Made by a program: the position numbers and the translations under genes. Positions 27,043 through 32,000 of a stretch of 32,000 nucleotides of DNA are shown here, one piece after another. Under the pieces are notes generated by a model that was not told the DNA's origin, ran no database searches, and worked only from the letters and a program-made list of their open reading frames with translations. The DNA is from Pseudoalteromonas tetraodonis. Lineage in GTDB: Bacteria > Pseudomonadota > Gammaproteobacteria > Enterobacterales > Alteromonadaceae. The stretch is taken from contig NZ_CP011041.1 of the NCBI RefSeq assembly GCF_002310835.1, forward strand, positions 1,980,001 to 2,012,000, read 5' to 3'. The first letter of the stretch is position 1. Each line of letters opens with the position of its first letter.

Positions 27043-28965
27043 ATGACTATTTTTGATCACTACCAAGCACGTTATGAATCAACACAAGAAGAAGAGTACA
27101 GTGTTGCTGAGTTTCTAGAAATTTGTAAAACCGATAAGTCTGCTTATGCCAGTGCTCCTGAAAGATTACTGATGGCCATTGGCGAGCCTAAAATGGTAGA
27201 TACCGCTACCGATACTCGTTTAAGTCGCTTATTTTCGAACCGTGTTGTTGCACGTTACCCTGCATTTGCCGATTTTTATGGTATGGAAGACGCCATTGAG
27301 CAAATTGTTTCTTATCTAAAACACGCCGCGCAAGGATTAGAAGAGTGTAAACAAGTGCTTTACTTGCTTGGTCCGGTGGGTGGCGGTAAGTCATCGATTG
27401 CTGAAAAGCTAAAGTATTTAATGCAACGAGTGCCTATTTATGCAATTAAGGGCTCCCCGGTTAATGACCATCCGCTGTCATTATTTGATCCCGTTGAAGA
27501 TGCCAGCCTACTCGAAAAAGAATATGGAATTAAGTCTCGTTACCTCAAAACGGTAATGTCGCCATGGGCCGCAAAACGTTTACAAGAATTTAATGGTGAT
27601 ATTAGTCAATTTAGAGTGGTTAAACGCTTCCCATCAATTTTAAATCAAGTTGCGATTGCTAAAACAGAGCCCGGAGATGAAAACAATCAAGATATTTCTG
27701 CTCTTGTCGGTAAGGTCGATATTCGCCAACTTGAACACTTTGCACAAAATGATCCTGATGCTTATGCCTATTCAGGCGCATTATGTTTAGCCAACCAAGG
27801 CTTAATGGAATTTGTGGAAATGTTTAAAGCCCCCATAAAAGTGTTACATCCGCTTTTAACAGCTACCCAGGAAGGTAACTATAACGGCACAGAAGGCATA
27901 AGCGCCCTGCCATTTAACGGCATGATACTCGCCCACTCCAACGAGTCAGAATGGCAAACCTTTAAAAACAATAAAAACAACGAAGCCTTTTTAGACCGTG
28001 TTTATATTGTTAAGGTCCCTTATTGCTTACGAGTGACCGAAGAAATTAAAATTTACGATAAGCTTATTGAACACAGTGAGCTTTACAACGCCCCCTGTGC
28101 GCCAGGTACACTTAAAATTTTAGCTCAATTTACCACTCTTTCGCGCTTAAAAGAACCGGAAAACTCAAGCATTTACTCTAAGATGCGAGTTTACGATGGT
28201 GAAACCCTTAAAGACACCGATCCAAAAGCGAAGTCGTATCAAGAGTATCGTGATTATGCTGGTGTTGATGAGGGCATGACCGGTCTTTCAACCCGTTTTG
28301 CGTTTAAGATTTTATCGCGAGTATTCAACTTTGACACCACCGAAGTGGCCGCCAACCCTGTGCATTTGTTTTATGTGCTTGAGCAACAAATTGAGCGTGA
28401 ACAATTTAGTGCCGAGGTTGAAGAACGTTATTTAAGCTTTTTAAAAGGCTATTTAATTCCACAATATGTTGAGTTTATAGGTAAAGAGCTACAAACCGCG
28501 TACTTAGAGTCATATTCAGAATATGGCCAAAATATTTTTGACCGCTACGTTATTTATGCTGACTTTTGGATTCAAGATCAAGAATACCGCGACCCTGATA
28601 CAGGGCAATTATTTGACCGTGATGCACTCAACGCTGAGCTTGAAAAAATAGAAAAGCCTGCAGGTATTTCAAACCCTAAAGATTTTAGAAATGAAATTGT
28701 TAACTTTGTACTGCGTGCTCGCGCTCATAACAATGGCAAAAATCCGCTGTGGACAAGTTATGAAAAACTACGCACGGTTATTGAGAAAAAAATGTTCTCA
28801 AACACGGAAGACTTACTCCCTGTTATTTCATTTAATGCAAAAACATCAGCTGAAGATCAGCAAAAGCATGAGGACTTTGTTAATCGTATGGTTGAAAAAG
28901 GCTACACGCAAAAACAAGTGCGCTTGCTATCTGAGTGGTATTTACGGGTTAGAAAATCGCAATAA
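27043..28965 (+). CDS. yeaG: PrkA-family serine protein kinase (YeaG)
   Basis: The 640-aa ORF has a Walker A-like GPVGGGKSS. Its length and sequence (MTIFDHYQARYE...EFLE..., ...LSEWYLRVRK) are typical of the PrkA/YeaG AAA-kinase family. It is followed by yeaH and spoVR homologs. Confidence 0.92.
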   Translation: MTIFDHYQARYESTQEEEYSVAEFLEICKTDKSAYASAPERLLMAIGEPKMVDTATDTRLSRLFSNRVVARYPAFADFYGMEDAIEQIVSYLKHAAQGLEECKQVLYLLGPVGGGKSSIAEKLKYLMQRVPIYAIKGSPVNDHPLSLFDPVEDASLLEKEYGIKSRYLKTVMSPWAAKRLQEFNGDISQFRVVKRFPSILNQVAIAKTEPGDENNQDISALVGKVDIRQLEHFAQNDPDAYAYSGALCLANQGLMEFVEMFKAPIKVLHPLLTATQEGNYNGTEGISALPFNGMILAHSNESEWQTFKNNKNNEAFLDRVYIVKVPYCLRVTEEIKIYDKLIEHSELYNAPCAPGTLKILAQFTTLSRLKEPENSSIYSKMRVYDGETLKDTDPKAKSYQEYRDYAGVDEGMTGLSTRFAFKILSRVFNFDTTEVAANPVHLFYVLEQQIEREQFSAEVEERYLSFLKGYLIPQYVEFIGKELQTAYLESYSEYGQNIFDRYVIYADFWIQDQEYRDPDTGQLFDRDALNAELEKIEKPAGISNPKDFRNEIVNFVLRARAHNNGKNPLWTSYEKLRTVIEKKMFSNTEDLLPVISFNAKTSAEDQQKHEDFVNRMVEKGYTQKQVRLLSEWYLRVRKSQ

Positions 28966-28996
28966 CCTTCATAATTGCAGTTTTTAGGAGGTCATT

Positions 28997-30280
28997 ATGG
29001 CGCATTTTATCGACAGGCGTTTAAATGGCAAAAACAAAAGCACAGTTAACCGCCAGCGTTTTATTAGACGTTATAAAAAGCAGATCAAAGAAGCGGTGTC
29101 TGATGCGATCAATAAACGCAGTGTCACTGATTCAAGCTCTGGAGAGAGTATCTCTATTCCGCAGCGTGATATTAGCGAACCTACTTTTCATCAAGGTAGA
29201 GGCGGTAATAGAGAGCAAATACACCCTGGGAACGATCAGTTCTCTACTGGCGACAAAATAGAACGCCCTAAAGGAGGCAAAGGCGGTGGCGCAGGCGAAG
29301 GTGAAGCAAGTGACTCTGGCGAAGGCCAAGATGAATTTGTTTTTTCTATCTCTAAAGATGAATACCTTGATTTGTTATTTGAGGATTTAGAACTCCCTAA
29401 TTTGCAAGAAAATCAGCTTGATAAGCTAGTGCAAATGAAAACCCATCGCGCTGGGTTTTGCAGTGATGGTATGCCCAGTAATATTGATGTAGTGCGCTCA
29501 TTACAAGGCTCTCTAGCTCGTCGTATTGCAATGACCGCAGGTAAAAAACGCCGCCTTAGCGAGCTTGAGGGGCAACTAGCACTGCTGCTTGAACAACCAC
29601 ACTGTGATAAAGCCGCTGTGGCCTTATTACAAAAAGAAATCGACACACTCAAACAGCAAATAAAAACCGTGCCCTTTATCGATAATTACGACTTACGTTT
29701 TCGTAACTACGACAAGCAACCACACCCAACCAGTAAAGCGGTGATGTTTTGTATTATGGATGTGTCAGGTTCAATGGATCAAGCAACAAAAGACATGGCA
29801 AAACGCTTTTACATTTTGCTTTATCAGTTTTTAACTCGCAGCTACAAAGACATCGACGTTGTGTATATTCGCCATCATACCCAAGCCAAAGAAGTTGATG
29901 AGCAAGAGTTTTTTTATTCACAAGAAACAGGCGGTACCATTGTTTCAAGTGCACTAAAACTGATGAATGAAATAATAGCTGAGCGCTATAATGCTGATGA
30001 ATGGAATATATACGCAGCACAAGCTTCTGATGGTGATAATTGGGCCGATGACACGCCCCAATGTGGACACATTTTACGTAATAAAATACTTAAAGCTGTT
30101 CGCTATTTTGCCTATATAGAAATTACCACACGTGCTCATCAAAGTTTATGGCGCGAGTATCAAAACATTAGTCAAACGAACAGTAATTTTGCCATCCAGC
30201 ATATCCAAGGTGTTGAAGATATTTACCCTATATTTAGGGAGCTATTTAAAAAAGGTCGTCAACAGCAAGGGGCTGCATAG
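28997..30280 (+). CDS. yeaH: YeaH/YhbH-family protein (DUF444, vWA-like)
   Basis: The N-terminus is [27 protein letters not shown]. There is a Gly-rich acidic linker, and the C-terminal [11 protein letters not shown] motif is a vWA MIDAS-like DxSxS. Its position directly after prkA also supports the call. Confidence 0.9.
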   Translation: MAHFIDRRLNGKNKSTVNRQRFIRRYKKQIKEAVSDAINKRSVTDSSSGESISIPQRDISEPTFHQGRGGNREQIHPGNDQFSTGDKIERPKGGKGGGAGEGEASDSGEGQDEFVFSISKDEYLDLLFEDLELPNLQENQLDKLVQMKTHRAGFCSDGMPSNIDVVRSLQGSLARRIAMTAGKKRRLSELEGQLALLLEQPHCDKAAVALLQKEIDTLKQQIKTVPFIDNYDLRFRNYDKQPHPTSKAVMFCIMDVSGSMDQATKDMAKRFYILLYQFLTRSYKDIDVVYIRHHTQAKEVDEQEFFYSQETGGTIVSSALKLMNEIIAERYNADEWNIYAAQASDGDNWADDTPQCGHILRNKILKAVRYFAYIEITTRAHQSLWREYQNISQTNSNFAIQHIQGVEDIYPIFRELFKKGRQQQGAA

Positions 30281-30298
30281 CCAAAGCGAGGTAGCATT

Positions 30299-31813
30299 AT
30301 GAAAGATAATCGAATAAGTGATGGGCCCGATTGGACCTTTGAACTATTGCAACAATACCAAGACGAAATAGCGCGTGTGGCTGAGCACTATAAGCTAGAC
30401 ACCTACCCTAACCAAATTGAAGTGATCACCGCAGAACAAATGATGGATGCCTACTCAAGTGTAGGCATGCCCATTGGCTACACTCACTGGTCGTATGGTA
30501 AAAAATTTATTCAAACGGAGCAAAATTATAAACGCGGCCAAATGGGACTTGCGTATGAAATTGTGATTAATTCGAACCCCTGTATTGCTTACCTAATGGA
30601 AGAAAACACCCTTCCGATGCAGGCACTGGTTATGGCACATGCTTGCTATGGGCATAACTCATTTTTTAAAGGTAATTATTTATTTAAAACTTGGACTGAT
30701 GCAGGCTCAATTATTGATTATTTATTGTTTGCTAAAAACTATATTAGCCGCTGTGAAGAAAAATACGGTATTTCCGAAGTAGAAAGCATACTCGACTCAT
30801 GTCATGCATTAATGAGTTACGGTGTTGATAGGTACAAACGTCCACAACGAATTTCGTTATTTGAAGAGCAAAAGCGTCAGCAAGAACGGGCTGAGTATTT
30901 GCAATCACAAGTTAACGAATTATGGCGTACCATTCCTTCTCAACAGCAAGAGTCAAAAAAACACGAACGCCACTTCCCGCAAGAGCCACAGGAAAATATT
31001 CTGTACTTTATTGAAAAAAATGCTCCTTTACTCGAGTCATGGCAGCGAGAAATCGTCAGGATAGTGCGAAAAATATCACAATACTTTTACCCGCAAAAAC
31101 AAACCCAAGTAATGAATGAAGGTTGGGCCACTTTTTGGCACTACACTATTTTGAACCATTTATATGATGAGGGAAAACTAACCGACTCATTTATGTTGGA
31201 GTTTTTACAAAGCCATACTAATGTTGTGTACCAACCTCCATACAATAGCGATTATTACTCAGGTATTAACCCCTATGCACTGGGCTTTAATATGATGGTT
31301 GATATACGTCGTATTTGTGAAAACCCAACAGAAGAAGATAAACGCTGGTTCCCTGAGCATGCGGGCAGTGACTGGCTCGAGACACTGCACTTTGCAATGC
31401 AAAATTTCAAAGATGAGAGTTTTATTAGCCAATTTTTATCCCCTAAGCTGATTCGGGATTTTAAATTATTCACCATAGTCGACCATGCTAGTAACCCACA
31501 TTTAGAAATAGGCGCTATTCACGACGATAATGGCTACAAAGCGGTTAGAGAAGCACTTTCTGCACAATATAACCTTAGTAATCATGAGCCTAACATACAA
31601 GTTTACGATGTTGACTTACGCGGCGACCGCTCTTTAACCCTACGATATGTACCTCATAATGCCGTTCCACTGGCTAACTCCCATGGGGAAGTATTAAAAC
31701 ACCTTTACAGACTATGGGGCTTTAAGGTAAAACTGGAACAGGAGTCAAATTCTGGTGAGATTTCAACCATTGGTCAATGTCCAATTGATGATTCACGCCA
31801 TACAACAGAGTAA
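30299..31813 (+). CDS. ycgB: SpoVR-family protein (YcgB)
   Basis: The 504-aa ORF has motifs (YPNQIEVITAEQM, HACYGHNSFFK, NEGWATFWH) characteristic of the SpoVR/YcgB family. It is the third gene of the prkA-yeaH-spoVR module. Confidence 0.9.
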   Translation: MKDNRISDGPDWTFELLQQYQDEIARVAEHYKLDTYPNQIEVITAEQMMDAYSSVGMPIGYTHWSYGKKFIQTEQNYKRGQMGLAYEIVINSNPCIAYLMEENTLPMQALVMAHACYGHNSFFKGNYLFKTWTDAGSIIDYLLFAKNYISRCEEKYGISEVESILDSCHALMSYGVDRYKRPQRISLFEEQKRQQERAEYLQSQVNELWRTIPSQQQESKKHERHFPQEPQENILYFIEKNAPLLESWQREIVRIVRKISQYFYPQKQTQVMNEGWATFWHYTILNHLYDEGKLTDSFMLEFLQSHTNVVYQPPYNSDYYSGINPYALGFNMMVDIRRICENPTEEDKRWFPEHAGSDWLETLHFAMQNFKDESFISQFLSPKLIRDFKLFTIVDHASNPHLEIGAIHDDNGYKAVREALSAQYNLSNHEPNIQVYDVDLRGDRSLTLRYVPHNAVPLANSHGEVLKHLYRLWGFKVKLEQESNSGEISTIGQCPIDDSRHTTE

Positions 31814-31818
31814 AAATA

Positions 31819-32000
31819 ATGGACAAAAAAAAGCTTCTTGTACTGATTGATTCGGTTGAATTTGCAAAAACGTCATTGAAGCATGCTAAACAAAAAGCGC
31901 TGCAAGGGAATAAACATATTGATATTGTTGCATTTAGCTTTGAAGAAACCGGCAATATTTTATTTTCTCTGTCGCCAGAACAACTACTTGCGCTGCAAGA
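31819..32000 (+). CDS. Hypothetical protein, 5' fragment (MDKKKLLVLIDSVEFAKTSLKHAKQKALQGNKHIDIVAFSFEE...), open at the window end
   Basis: The ATG lies 6 nt after the spoVR stop and the frame stays open to the window end. The N-terminus faintly resembles universal-stress-protein-like alpha/beta folds, but it is too short to call. Confidence 0.4.
   Translation, partial: MDKKKLLVLIDSVEFAKTSLKHAKQKALQGNKHIDIVAFSFEETGNILFSLSPEQLLALQ

Overview
This is a chromosomal, mostly housekeeping segment from a moderately AT-rich marine gammaproteobacterium. Gene order and the SodB, GltB and GrpE sequences look Alteromonadales or Pseudoalteromonas-like, but that taxon call is my inference. The gene order is: dapB (partial, -), NhaC-family antiporter, Tsx/OmpK-like porin, M48 lipoprotein peptidase (-), Bcr/CflA MFS pump, grpE (-), hrcA (-), nadK, an orphan membrane-anchored ORF, recN, a small membrane protein, and gltD-gltB (-). 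Next comes a compact block: a micro-ORF, an HlyD-type adaptor, a MacB/LolD-type ATPase, two FtsX/MacB-type permeases, an NtrC-type sigma-54 activator and a sensor kinase. The window ends with grxD (-), sodB, prkA-yeaH-spoVR and a truncated ORF. I found no rRNA, tRNA, CRISPR array, transposase, integrase or phage genes. I saw no obvious compositional island by eye, so most of the window is ordinary core genome. Two things stand out. (1) The ABC-efflux and two-component block at 17.95-25.45 kb has a predicted sigma-54 promoter, tandem GC-rich palindromes at enhancer distance, and a 27-codon hydrophobic leader ORF. Its kinase has almost no periplasmic loop, which suggests transporter-coupled (Bce-like) sensing in a Gram-negative. 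(2) A modular family of imperfect-palindromic intergenic repeats (MITE/ERIC/BOX-like) has four copies in 32 kb. The copies share a 34-nt core but carry two different kinds of termini, and one copy contributes a gene's stop codon. Smaller regulatory calls are sigma-32 promoters for grpE and hrcA, a canonical LexA box at recN, an ARG-box-like site upstream of gltB, and several intrinsic terminators. I corrected several ORF-track start codons (nadK, gltB, recN, the adaptor gene). All motif matching and alignment was done by eye, and no database searches were run.
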